From Ptychomitrium polyphyllum (lineage: Eukaryota), in assembly GCA_973851085.1 (NCBI GenBank), contig OZ316776.1, positions 7,688,001-7,752,000 on the forward strand: a stretch of DNA of 64,000 nucleotides, written 5' to 3'. This document shows positions 38,701 through 53,200 of this stretch, piece after piece. Position 1 is the first letter of the stretch. Every line of letters starts with the position of its first letter. The translations under genes and the position numbers were made by a program. Below the pieces are notes generated by a model that searched no databases, was not told the DNA's origin, and was given only the letters and a program-made list of their open reading frames with translations.

Positions 38701-41661
38701 TTATTGTTTCTAATATTGATGTAACATAATAGGAAATTATATCTTAAGGCATTTATGCAAACAATGTCCCATGTATAAAAAAATGCCATGGCTAATGAAT
38801 TTTAAGAATAGCACATGTTATTTGAATTTTATTAACCTTATATATAAACTATATTGGATAGATTTTCAATCCATATTATTTTTTAAGCCATAATTTCTTA
38901 CCTTTAACTATGATTGGAGTGTGAAAAGAATAAAAAGTTTATATTATGAATAATCAAGTTATGTAGTGTAATAGCAAGGCTCAATGAGAATGCTTGTATT
39001 GGAATAAAATTGTACTTGTGGTAAAATTATTGTTTAACTATTGTCCTATACATGTTGAAACAAGCCTATAATATAAAGAATCCTATAGTTGACATCTTTC
39101 AAATAAGCCAATTATGAAACCATTCAATTTCTACCATGCATAAGTCAAAAATGCCAAAAATGTAGTATATTGGAAATTGGAGCTTTGAAGTGACACTGAT
39201 AGATTATGTGAGTAATAGAGTATCAATGGTAGTAATGGAAGAGAAGATGAAAGCACACTTTTTTTGAAAGAATTTTTTTTGTGGTAACAGGATTGATATA
39301 TGATGATATTTTTAATGACATCATGTGAATTATGCAAAGAAAAAATGACAGTAGAAAACTAATTTGAAGACATTCATGGTCTCACCGCATAACGATTAGA
39401 GATTGTTGGTAGTAACATCTTCTAAAAATTCATAACTGATTCATCAATTGTTTAAAAAAATTAATTCCACTTCCATTCCCCTCTAATCTTGGGTTTTTCA
39501 TTATGCAAATTAAAAACAATTAAATTTCAAGAATTTCAAGAATTGAAACCCAGCTTAAAGATGACTTACCTTTGTATCCGGTTGCACCATTCAATCAACC
39601 ATGCTTATATTTTAGCAGCATATTTTGCACAGGCTTGTGTTCATTTGGGATCCTCTAGATACTGGTATAAAGTTGGGGCAGTATACAAAATTTATTGTTT
39701 TGTTGATGAGTCCACTTGTTCCTGTGGCGTTGACTTTAGCGGAAGAATTTTTTTGTGACAATCCCATGGTATCTGGTGACACATTTACGGCCACGTTCTA
39801 AATTAGAAAGATGTTTCATTTTTTCTTCTGAATATTGAGAGGAAAATCATATTTGAAAGTAAAAAGTGTTGAGAAGCTGGAGTCATACAGTATGGTGTAC
39901 AGTAAATCTCAAATAATTCAAGTTCACAAAGCTACATTAAAAACAAAAAAGTGATAACTAATAATGGAACTGGCCACATGGAGGCATAATGAAAGATTTG
40001 AATATCACACATAGTCAGCCCAAAAACTCACAAACAAATGATTCTGTTCATGAGCTGAGAGGTGAGTTATACATGAATTATCAGTACAGTACCCCATGGT
40101 TATTCTCATACATTTGCAATATCCAATGATGTTATTGCAACTTAAGATTTGAAGCACACATGATTTCTATCAAAAAAGTTCAACCTCAACCAAGCCCTCC
40201 ATTCAAATACGTTCCATACAACATACAATCCATTGAATATACGTACTATTAATAACATGGTTGCCCCACAAACAATTTATTTAAAATCCAACCAATACCA
40301 ACCAATGGTCAATAGTATTTGACTATGACCATGAATAATTGAACATGTGGTAGTCATCACTTCTAGTGCCACACTATCAACCATATTCCATCAATGGCAC
40401 TCCTTCACATATTCAAAATAATCTTTGCAAGCATTAACATAATTGCTATACAATGTGTTATTTTCATATTTCTAATCAAAAAAGACTTGACAACAACCAA
40501 GCTTCACATGATCTCTTTAATCTTCAATAAGAAGTTTTTAAAAAAAGCTTTAAATTCTTTAAAATAAAAACTAAGTTTTTTAATTTAAAATTAGCTTGTA
40601 ATACCATAAACCATTTTTTAAATTAATATTAATTCTATGACATTATACAACAATTTTTGGAATGTTTCTATTAGCAAGCATACATTTCCTATCTATTAAA
40701 TTACTTGCATATAATAATATATCCATATGAACCTATTTGCTTTTGATTTCCAACCCTACAAATATAATACAAACTCACATTTAGCCAATAACTTAGATCA
40801 TGACTTCGCAATGAAGTTCTACAAACACCTATAATTTATGCATTAACAAATTACAACCAAAATATACTTTTTGGTACCTTAATACTTTAACTACTTCTAT
40901 TATCATGTATAGTTATTTGTATTATATATTATCTATTTCTTTATATGAAAAATTAATTTTTCACCATAGAGAGAATGAATAGACACTTATTTAAAGAAGT
41001 TTTTAGAAGAGATTACAATTATTTTTTATTCTTCATTACATAAATTATCATTGCCTATGCATTGCACTTGAAAAAATGAAGGATTATCACTTTTAATACA
41101 TAATGTTTGATGGTGGTTCTTTGAATAAATTTAAGTGGAAAGTTAACTAAAGAAGAAAGTTATGATAATTTCATAGTAAAACTACTCTTGGAACAAGAAT
41201 AATACAAACAACAAGTTACAAGTCTATACTAATTTGTGAGACAATTTAAAATAAATAAGGCCCTACTACTATTTTTTATGCTTCTTTATAGATCTTACAC
41301 TGTTTATTAAAGTTCCAAATCTATGGTTTATCCCAGAATAATACAATATTAATTTATAATAAGACAATATAACATCCAAATTAAAAGAAAAGTAATGAAT
41401 AAACAAGTAACCAAAATTTTAGATATATCTATTATAAAATATAATTCATAATTTACAACATTATTTCTCATCAATTTCAAATTGTTCTCAAGTTGTATTT
41501 AATATGGGACCTTTATAAACATGCAATTACTGGAATGAATAGGAACCTTTTTAAGAATTAATGATAATTTTGGAAAAACTGAATTTCAAAAGAACAACAC
41601 ATTTCAATATTTATACATATTTTTAAGAGGATAAAAAATGATGCTTTACATATTTAGATTG

Positions 41662-41690
41662 AAACCCTATTAAACCCTATTAAACCCTAT
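41662..41690. repeat. Telomere-like 10-bp tandem repeat, three copies of AAACCCTAT(T)
   Basis: aaaccctat taaaccctat taaaccctat. Confidence 0.8.
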
Positions 41691-43776
41691 AATATTTAGT
41701 ATTAACATATTTCAAATTTTTTTAAAGCAATCATCTTTATATTATATTACACACAGAATCACACCAAGCTCTAAAGAGGAACTTTTTAAAGGTCTTCTTA
41801 ATCCTTATGTTATTCAACACCAAATTTGAATGACAATCCACGTACATACACTGCAGATCAGCCAAACTCAGCGGCATCATGGGAAGTGAGCAGTTGGGCC
41901 CTCGAGAGAAGTGTCTGTTTGGCTGGGAGCCTTGTTGTTCATTTCTATTATTCAACACAGTTCTCAGGCAAAGAGGGCCTGGCTGCAAACTAAAAGGCCC
42001 TGTATTATATTGCATGGCTTTATTTGGCCACTGCCAGCTTCTTCAGATGTATTTGAAGCCCTGGATCCACGTCAATCAGTGATCTAGGCGGCGTCCTCCA
42101 CCAGGCTTTTACTATTTCTCCCAGTTTGAACTCCCCTCTGTAACGAGTCTTCGAGGTGCACCCTCTATTGCTGATCACATTTCAAAAGCCTAACGTACAA
42201 ACCGAAAGTTCCATCCCATGCCACTTATCTACAGTATTCACTACAGTAATCTCTCTAGAATCTTATTTCCATTTATTTGGTCACATTTTCATTGGAGTCG
42301 CTCGGTGTTGGAGACAGTTTGTCATTCATTTGAATATGGGAATGAACGCCACACTCAGGTAACAGGAGTGGTATTCTCTAATTCGCATGGATGCTAGGGA
42401 CAGTTGAGCTAACACAAGTTGCAGTGTTCTCACAGATCTAGTTGAAGTAGTATTCTCTAGAAGTTCCCAAGGAGCAATCAGGTCCTGCCCTAGTCCGTGT
42501 GTGATGACACGGCTCTCCACAAGTAAGATTCACTATTGATGTGAAAGTGGCACCCTACAGCCTCTCGTGATACAGTCCTGTACCGAAGCTCCAACTTGCA
42601 CCTGCACACTGTGTTCTCAAGGTCTCAAATCCATAGTAATTCTGAATGACCTGGAATCACTATCCTGGTGAATAATTAAGAGCCACAACAAAATTACTCA
42701 CTGGATTATCACTCTGAATTTTCATAAACATTGCGGTCCCCAATTCCACGATATTAGTGCAATTAGTGTGGCAGGTTTGCACAGAGTTTTTGTAGTTGGC
42801 ATTGGTTTCTGGAACCTAAATATGTGGAGTTTACTGAGCACTCACCTAAGATTGCCAATTAAATTGCATTGCAGATGTGTCAAATATGTAAGCCTTCTTC
42901 ATGCCACACATTAATCTCTCTTATAGGTACAGACTGCATCAATCCAGCTCCGAGGAAGAGGATAAAATCAGATCAAAGTGTTCAAAAATCATAGACTAAG
43001 CAAAACTTACAGTACCGTGAATGTCCTGTGACGATGAATCTTGCAGACGACCTGCAGATAAGCAACAGCCGCATTACTGTAGTTTATCGACAGTCTGGAC
43101 TTGCTCATACAATGTGAGGTCTCACGGATGCGCTTTGCAAGCATTCGTCACTGGTCAGTGTCATTGTTGAAGTACGTGATGACAAGTACAATACTTGAAC
43201 TTAGATAAATATACTGTGCAAATGAAAAGGAGACATTGTATATGACTGTACCTGTTGAGCCTACCTGCCTCAACCTATTTTACAGTAAATTCCTTTTACT
43301 CGTATAGCAAATGCTTGGTCTGCCAATTTGCAATTAAACCAAATGTATTACAGAAAGTACGTGGAGATGAGATTGCTATCATAAATAAAGGGCATATCCG
43401 CCCTTTTAGAATACATGTACAATAAATTATTGTAGAGACTGTTCTGTTTCAAAATGCTCTTTTAGCACTCGTAACCTAATACCTCTTGTACACGAGCTGA
43501 AACCTAAAACACACTAAGGCTACATCTGATACAACAAAGGAGCTCAATAACACTAAATAATACTTGGTCTCTTCCCATACGAATCAACACAGATTGCATA
43601 CTTCTAGGTCACCATAGGTACAAAGCCTGGAAGCTCCTAAACTGGCCTAACAAGCTTATGACCGATTCCTATCATCCTTGAAACCAGCCATTATAATGAC
43701 AGCATCAATACAGAAAGATGATCGTTTGATAAGTTACACAAAAATTTCACAACTAGAGAATTGAATACCTTCACGG

Positions 43777-46700
43777 CTACCGCCGCCTTGGCAGCTTCAG
43801 AGCCTCAAACCGTTTATCCAAATCGTCTTCATCAAGTGCCTTCGGAGAAGGATCCCTGTAGGAGGAATAATCAATCGCAGTATAATCATTGGAGCCGTAC
43901 TTTTGGGCACGAGAGAAAAGAGAAGCATCATTGTCATCTTCGTCGTCAAACTGAGCTTTTGGAAAAGTCCCAAGACGCGAAGGCTCACGATCTCTTCTAC
44001 CAACTGATCCTTCTTCGTCAAACAACGGAGAACTTTCACGGTTATCCTGTGAACCAAACTTTGCACTGTATTGCTTTGCAGCAAAGGGCTGCTCGTAGGA
44101 AGTATATGTCGAATCATCTGGCCTTGAGGAATCATGATCAGCATCATTAGAGTCAAAGGCGCTGTATCGAAGTTTACTCTTGTCCCTGTTGATATCAAAA
44201 ATGTCGTATCTTTCAGCTTCGTGTTCTCTAGAGACCCACTTGAGACCGCCTCCTTTAGTCCCAGATGTGCTGTTACCGCCATGAGATCGGTTGTCACGTT
44301 CTTGATTCCCAGTTCTTGAAAACACTCCAGAACCTTCACCTGAATCGTCATCGTCATCATCAAATGTTGGTTTGCTGGATGGATCTGCTGTCTGGAAATC
44401 TAGCTTAGTTGCCTTAAGTGGTGGCTTCTGTTTTCCAAATGGATCAGGAGCTTCAGTGCGCTCGTATGCAGCTTTGGACCTGGATTTCGTCCCGCCGGCG
44501 CCCCTGCCACGAGGTACATCATACTCTGCCGTATCACTATCACTATCACTGTACTTTACAGTTGCTCGTTTGGTCTCTTGGACGTATCTTCTCTGTGGCG
44601 GGGCTTGCACAGGCACGTTCCTCTCCTCTTCCTCGTCACTATCCAAGTCTGTAGCGCTTTCTTCCTCTTCGGGTGGAGGACTTGAGTCCTGCCTTGCAAG
44701 TTTCTCAGGCACCCTGGAACTGTAATCTCCACTTTGCTTCCTAGCCAGCTCAGCTGCGGCTCGCGCTGCTGCCACTGCACGGTTGGCTGACTCGGCAGCA
44801 GCTTGCGCAGCAGAAGCTACATCTGAGTAATCGCCGTGTCCTTCCATCTTTGGAGGTACGTAAGAGTCTGCTTTCGTATCAGATCTCACATCCAAGGAAG
44901 TGTCCTTCCTTGCCAAGTGTGACGCCTGACCATCCTTTCGAGCAGGAGGAACTGTCGGCGAAGGGGATTGATACCTTGTCGGTGAAGGAGGACCATATTG
45001 TACAGGTGAAGGAGCTTCATACCTCGTAGGTGGAGGAATGTTCTTAAATTGGGCAGGATGCTTCCTCTCGTCCTCGTATAGAGATACAGACGAAGATAAC
45101 CCAGCCAAATCTGAAGGCATCTGGGACATAGTTATGATTGGAACTTCTGTAGCAGCATCAGAGGCTCCAGTAGATTGGGAGCGACTCAAATCTGAAGACG
45201 AGATCTCATTTGCTCCAAGGAAATGATTTGGTCCATCCTGTGCATTGGAGGCATTGTTTAGCATAGGAAGAGGGAAGAGACATGATGAGAGGATACAATT
45301 ATAATAGAAGAAACTGTACAAATAGCTGAAACCATCGTATTGGTAACCACCGGCACTAGCCAATGATCATAGGATACTTGCGTGACATATTTGAAAAAAG
45401 AATTAAGAATGATGAAATTTGAGGTTGAGAACAAAAGGTAGGACCTCGGCCTTACGAGTAAATCTTCATGAGATTTCAAGAGTTCTGCTTCAGTATCTGT
45501 AGGATCCCAGGCTACATCATGCTCAGCAGCAATCTCCTTCATCAATTTCAACTTCACCTCTCCAGGTGGGGCTCGTACTGAGAGCTTCTCAATTATCTGC
45601 CATTTTCAACACCAAACAAAGGCAACATTCAAACAGATATACTAAGCAGCCGAGCAAGAAAAATCTAAATTTAACATTAATATGTGATGGCAAATGCGAC
45701 TTCAGTAGCCTATCCGAATTCGCGATCAAGAAACACTTCAGAGAAACGTTTTCAAATACAAGGTTAAATCAGGATAATAAATGGTATACACCTGTGTTGG
45801 AATTTTACGCCACACAGCAAACATTCATGACGAGAAACAATATCAATGCATAAAGACTTGATCGTCAACGTTCCAAGGGTCTAAACCCTTAAATCTAAAT
45901 CGGGTTCACTGAAACTAAGGGACTCAGGTATGGACTGTGATTGCACATATCTACAATGCAGTAGTGCAAAAAGCATCAACAGTGCAATTGCAGCCACCGG
46001 ATAGCAGCAGCATAATTACTTACCCGGCGATTAACTCCACAATCAGGACGAAGCTCTGCTGCAGCTGCTGCAAAATCTTTACCGTACTTGGCAGCAAAAA
46101 GTTGGCGAATTTGTAGGAGTTCGGGAAGATCAGAACAGCGTGGAGAGGCAAATATCAAACTTGAGATGGCCTCTTTCAAATCTAAAGGACAGATTCTGCA
46201 ATTGCAACATATCACTCGTGAGACTAAAACAGATACCAAATTGGTATTTGCAATATAAAGATTAAAGAATCTACCAAAGGACTCGTCTAAATAGTCTGAA
46301 TAAACATGAGAATTGGATTCACTTACTTCTGTGACTCTATTATAGGGAGTCGAACAGCCACAAGTTCACAGAATAGTTCGAGTATGTCATATGCTGCCAA
46401 TATGTTCTGCTCCCGGATGATATGCTCGACCTGATATCAAAATAATTCATTTCGATAACAATGAAATTATACCAACAAAGGCGACCTAGAGGTCCAAAGC
46501 CAAGAGAAGAACTGAGAAGCAATCACAATAAACTCACTCAACAAACAAAATATTTGCAGGTATGTCCGCAGAAAAAGAAAGCGTGTGATGAACTGAAACT
46601 GCCGACTGGCCTCAGTAACTACAGAAGCATTGCTAATAGCAACATCAATTTAACGGCTTGCTTTGTACCAAAGTCATCTAGTAGACATGCTAATGCCAAA

Positions 46701-47209
46701 CTGAAGCTCAACTACCCATCACTGGATGACAAATGTTGAACCTTTGAAATGGCGGTAATAGGTAAAAGGAAAAAAAGAAGAGACAGAAATACGTACACGA
46801 ATCCTTGCACTGGGCTCTTGCCCAGTAGTGAGTAGTTGAGAAATCTCTTTGCGCATCTGCTTGACCTGAATTTCTCTCTTGTTACGAAGTAGCTTGATGC
46901 GGGCCATTGCCAGCCTCAGCAACGTCTTGCTGTGTAGCCAAAAACGGCAAAATGCGATTACTATAGTTGTCAAATCATCAAAACCCTAAAATCACATGCA
47001 AGGATAACCGTGAAAGGTGACTTGGATACAGCATACTGTGGGTGGGTAGTATCAGCTCAATATTTCCAAATCGGAAAAGCTTTACATCAGAACTAAACCA
47101 GTAAGATCAACGAGGATTCCAAGTCACACAATGTTATACTCCAATATATAAACTGTCATGCTCACCATTTCTGGGCTTTGAACCCCTTCCCAAGCATCGA
47201 ATCCCACAT
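43777..47209 (-). CDS. IST1: IST1-like regulator of Vps4 (ESCRT-III associated)
   Basis: Exons 47209-47166, 46929-46797, 46430-46327, 46195-46024, 45596-45456, 45237-43777. Ist1 domain CKTLLRLAMARIKLLRNKR...ARIRVEHIIREQN...CPLDLKEAISSLIFASPRCSDLPEL; plant motif DVASAAQAAAESANRAVAAARAAAELA; C-terminal MIM1-like DDLDKRFEALK. Confidence 0.92.
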
Positions 47210-50200
47210 GTTGGTGTTCGTAGCTCACGTAGGGTCTTCAGAAAATCCTTCCACCTCCGATAACCTCACCGAGCTGCAAATCACAGAATAGTTTCAGCTT
47301 CGACTACACAAACCTCCTCAAAAACTACATAAATCCAACACGAAAAATCTCTGAAAAAACAGAGCCACAATCTCCATAATAAATCACACGCAAACTCAAG
47401 ATTTGAATACACCACATCAATCTAACCAACTTTCGAAAAATCCTATCCCCCTCAAATTAAAAAAATACACAAGACAAAACGTTCAGCATCATCATAGTAC
47501 TCCTAGACCTAAACTCCCACAATTAATTCCAACCTCAATCCACTAGTGCAAAGCACCGAACATTCCCACAAAACCCAGAACACACTAGCTAGAGATTACT
47601 CACACACCATCAATTCCCCAAAATTCAAACGCAAACCCCACCCAACTCATCAAACCCAAACGCAGAATTCGACCACAACACAGCACAACACACCTCTCGG
47701 CTCCTCTAAACCAAACCTCAACCTCAACCTCAACAAGGAAAGATCAAAAACGAAAACCAGGACCCATGTCCAGCATCCTCCTCATACATTCCAAAAAGCT
47801 AGAACAATCACCAGAACAATCAAGTCACCACACCACACATCCACCCACCTCGCAAGCTTCCTCGAACTCGCCCCTGGCCTGTTCTCATCCGCCCTCCGAA
47901 ATATTCCACAAGATACTCGATAGAGAACTGTTTGAATGAACTCCTTCCTTCAGCTACAGCCCATTAGACGAAGCGCAACAAATGAAGGAAGCGGAGCCAT
48001 GGCAAGAGAGGACTGTGCAAGAGAGGGAATGACAATCACAAAGTAAACACGGAAACTTGCGAACGCTAGGGTTGGCTCCTCCCACACCCAGACCGTGCCA
48101 GTATGAGCTTCTCTCTCCAGAATCCATGCAGTTTTCATATTTATATACCCCAAATGTAACATCTTTGTAGATTATGGCGGTTTTGGGTGCGATTACGGCT
48201 TTAGGTGTTACCTCTTGTTGCGTTGGAGAGAGAGGAAGTTCGCGGTTCCCAGAAGTGTGTTTGGTGCGCGGGAACACGAAAACGGGGAACTCGGGAACTG
48301 TGGAACGTGGTATGGATTCGGTAGATTCGGGAGTCCAATAATCCACCGACCAGGGGGTGAGGTGGCAGATGCGAGTTCCCCGGGATTCTGACCTGCTCCA
48401 GCTCGGCAATTGCCCCGCCTTCGTTCCACCGTGGCGATGGTTTCCACGCTAGGTCCTTCTCCAGAATTTTAGAGGCTCATGTTTCTGAATGAAAAATACA
48501 AAAGGTTAAAGTTTATGGTTTTAAAGGAACGTGATTGAGAAAGGTTATTGTTAGGTGCAGATATATTTATTTTTCTAGTATCAATTCGGTTGAAAGAGTT
48601 TGGAGGTGTTTTTGGATGTAAACAATGATAAACCTTCATATTTTGTAGGGCCATCTTTTAATTTAGTTTAGGTTGGTTGGAAAATATAATTGTGTAAATT
48701 TAAATCCACATTTACTATCATTAATCTTCTCATTCATATATACTTTTTCAAAATTCAAAAATTGGTTCGAATTAAATTACAAAGAGAGTATTAACTGATG
48801 TTGACTGACATTTGTTGTAATGAAAGGGAATTGCATCATTTCTAGTGTGATGATTTTTTTTTTATTTGTATATTTTTCAAATTTATAGATTCATTTGTAT
48901 GAAGTCACTTTGGAATCAAGTTTTGGATTTCAAATGATTCCAAATAATCACTTGTAAGATATCAACTTAAAAATTCTTTGAAAATTTGTAGTATGTAATA
49001 AGCTAAGACACATAAAAATGTAGGAGATTTTGGAACTAATTAAACTAATAAATTAAAAAATTCATTGTGAATAAAATAAAAACATAAATAGTTAGTGGTT
49101 AAAGTTCAAAAAACAAGTGAACCTTAAAAGATTTATTTTAAATAACTAAGAACTCATCTAAATGGAATCACAATAAATATTAATATAGTACTAAATTATA
49201 TCCAAAAGATTGAATTTAACATCATCACCACTTGTGTCTTTAAATCAATATTTAAAAGCTTGTCTTTATAATTGACTTGTATATTAAGTTTGGATGTTTA
49301 TAATAATTGAAGTTGATAAAAAATTTAAAATATTTGAAATGATGTAAATTTTGTAATGTGTTTTATCCAATTTGAAAAATTATACTTAAGGCCTTTGTTC
49401 CTCAACCACAAAAATCAGCTTGACATACTTGCTACTTCTTTAAAATTTACATATGTTTAGTGTTATGACCTGTATCTTACCACCTGTAGTACTCGTAGGC
49501 AATGAGCATAAAAAAGAAAGTGACTTGAGTGGACAAAAATTGTAACCATATGTAATTAGAAGAAGTGCTTCAGTACTTTCGTAATCCAAACCAGAGATGT
49601 GGCGACTTTTAAGGAGATGATATATTTCATGTTCAATAAAATTTTCACCAGCAACCCAAGTGAACCAGAACCGCCTTTCTTGTGGGACTTGCAACAGTAT
49701 AAACGCACCCATACGTCATTGTCAACGCCCTCTACACTCATCCACCTAAATCTACAGATACGCCTAATTTTCAAACTAGCGCGCCTACTACTTCCCCCCT
49801 CGTGCAAGTGGAGCCTCCTTTTTCTTGCAAATTGATCTCATGTAGATAAGATACTGAGAATATTTTCAAAAGTGATTATATCTTCGCAGATATAGATACA
49901 GAAACCTTCAGCCCGAGCGATGCCGGTGACCTCCATTGAACAAGGACTCGTCCACGGGATTTCACTTAGTCCACCCTGCACCCGATACTTAGATGATATT
50001 CGTGATCTACTACTCCGATACAGGTATTATACCCTCCATGGCATGGACAGCTCGAGGGGTTCAGGGCGTCCACTTTATTTTGATAGCTAGTTTGTACACA
50101 GGTTATACTGTTTTGATACTTTTGTACTAGCATCCCGAGTATCAGGCAGGTAGCTATTGGAGCCAACGTCGTTGGAAGACTTGTTGAGGTTTCTTGTGCC

Positions 50201-50277
50201 ATAGCTATAGCCAGGGAGAGAGAGAGAGGGCTACAGTGAGAGTGTGTGGGAGGCGGAGCAGCAGGGAGTGACCGACC

Positions 50278-53200
50278 ATGGCAGCGATGGCGTACTCTCT
50301 CTCTGTCGCCACGGCTTCATTACGATCGGCTGTATTCGGCGGCTCGCTTCGGGACGATTTGGAGCTCAAGCACTGGAGCAAGAACTCCTCTCGAGCGTCA
50401 TGTGTTGACCGAGGACGATGTGTGGCGCGGATCGTTGTGCCGGAGCTCGCAGAGGCGATGCACAGCAGGTGAGAACGTTGTGTGAGCTCTTGCATTTTGT
50501 TGTGATCTTTCCTGGTTGTGATCCTCCGTGATGGATGGCACTGTTCTTGAATCTTCGTTTTTCGTCTTTAAACACGGCGGGTCACTGGTGCGGGAATGTA
50601 ACAGGCTTTTAGAGGCTTCACGCTAATTTGAAGGACTACAATTTATGTGAAAAAGTCGACGGGAAAATGAGACGTAAGTGAGGTTCAGAAGATTTCAAAG
50701 CAGAGTCAAATTGCTCCTTGTATAATAAAGACAGAAGTCAGGAACTTGCAATGTGTTCAAGGAGTAAGTGGAGTGATGTTGTTTTACGTTGTTTTCGAGT
50801 GTAGTTGCTGGTGATTTGGAGGATTTTTATTTTGAATTTGGGTGTTGAGCTTGTAGCTGCTCTTGTTAGTTTGTCCTCCCCAGTACAGTGCCGATTTTTC
50901 TTTCGTAACTGATTGATATGATTGAATGAGACTGAAATGTTGGAGGACTGGATCGGAAACTTTTCAGCTTGGTGTCGGCGACCGAAAATAATCTCAACGA
51001 CTCATTTTGTGATGATTTTCATGCAGGATGGGACCAGAAGCGCATCAATTATATCATGATGTTCTCGTTAGCGCTGTGAAGCTTGGCGTCCCTCTTCCTG
51101 TTGATGAGAATGTAAGCGTCGGTAATCGTGACAAATTTTTATGGTGATTCTGTGGCCTAGTTGGTGCATTTGTATGGGACGTGAACTTCTACAGATATGA
51201 ACAATGCTTTTCTTGGATGCGAACTTGCGGTCGCAGCTGTATTTAGTCTTATGGGATCTTTAGTATATGTTTAAGTCGGTTGCTACTCATTTTGGTAGAT
51301 CTTTCAGAGAACGGCTATTTCTTAAGTAGATTGCATTTTTTCATCATCTAAATCTATATTTAGAGCACAGGTAACGGATGAAGGAATACTAATCCTTCTG
51401 TACACACTAGATGGTCTTACCGGTGTCATACTGTGGACCAATCTTTGTTTGAGTATCTTAACCAACTTTGGACAAGCCGATTATCTACAATTTTCAGGAG
51501 CAAGTTTGCTTACACTGAGATTAAATGTAGCGAGGTTGTGATTCCATTTAACCTGTTAGAGTTGTTGATGGATTCTTTATATTTATGTAATCCAGGCTCT
51601 GGCTTACTGGGCCGTGGTGCTTCCCGCTGCATTGCTGTACTCTACGGCAACTCCTGGACCAATCGCAGGTCTTGCGGATTTCATACAGGGCCATATCAGT
51701 GCGAATTCTTCTCCGTAAGTTTTTTATTCATCTTGTTCGTTTCTCACTTTGTTTTAGGTGTAGAAGCTGTTTGCAGTTAACCTTCTTTTGAATATATTGT
51801 CTCAAACAATTCATTGATTTGATTACGTTGGATTAGACATTAGTATGTTGACGATTGTGGCGTGAGACGAATGTTTTGATAGCACTATAACAAGCATTGC
51901 TCAAATGTTTTGATCGCACTGTAACAGCTGGCTGTATGTTGATGTTTATCGTAGATATTGTTCGTGTTGTTTTAAGACACGGCAGCACATAATGCTTCTA
52001 ACATTGGTACGATATTGGTTATATGTATATCTGCAGTGTTTTTCGCCCATATGAAGTTGAAATTGGACATCAGATGGGCGAGGGTTCATTTGGGATCGTC
52101 TATGAGGGCTTCGTATATAAAGGTAGCTGTTGACTATTTGAGTTCCGATTAGCTCGACCAGTCAGTATGGCATGTATTAGTTTTGAAAGTTTCAGTGTTG
52201 AGTGACTAGTGTGGTTTTCTGTTTGGTCATCTCAATCACTGCCTGAGTATCTTGAGCTTGTACCCTGTTTTATAATGTCATTTCTTTTGCAGGGGGAAAG
52301 AGGCCAGGGAAGCAGCCAGTGCGCGTGGCGTTAAAGAAAAGTAAAGCTGGGATACCGGGTGGTGATGATATGCGCAACGCCGAGATACACATGAATTGGC
52401 GTCTTCAGGTTTTTCTTCTGATTCATGTTTTTAGAGCGCGGATGTTACATTTATTGTTCAAAGACAAGATCAGGCATGATAGAATTAACAGCTACGGTGG
52501 TGAGGCATTCCAATAGACTATGGATGTGGGTGTTTTTTCCTGCAATTCTAACTGGCTGATGTGAAATTTATGGATATCAGAGAACCGCACCTGAAGCATG
52601 TGCTGAGTTCCTGGGTACGATGAAGGTCCCCAGCTCTCACGCGCGAGGCAAGCTGACAGAGGTTTGGTTTTTACTTATTAAATGGCTCCGCTATATTCGT
52701 TCTTGTGATAGTGATTCCAGATGTATTGTGTGATGTACTTCAAAGAGGGCTAAGGAAAATAACGTCTTATGCTTATAACAACAGCGAAACGATTCATATG
52801 GCACTGAATGATTGGTCAGTTTGAGTGGTATCTTGGGGGTGTTGTTTTGCTGAGCTCCAGTTTTCGTCATTTTGCAGGGTGTTTGGTTAATCTGGAAATA
52901 TCAAGGGCATAAGACACTGGACCACTGCATGAAGCAGAAGAACTTTCCACATAATATTGCTGAAGCTGTGGTTGGGCAAAAGGTGAGTAATTTGCACTTC
53001 TGTTCCATGCTTCTGCTTCTATTAGTCTACAAATTGCTGAAATACCTTGTTCTAGACAGCACAGAATTTATGACTGTTGCAACTTAAGCTTTAAGGCATG
53101 CAACGTTTAATTGTTTAGCTCAGGTATTGGTGTTTCTTTGGGTGCTCTATCTGGAAAGCTTTATGCGTTCTGATTGCCGTACTCTACTTTTCACAGACGA

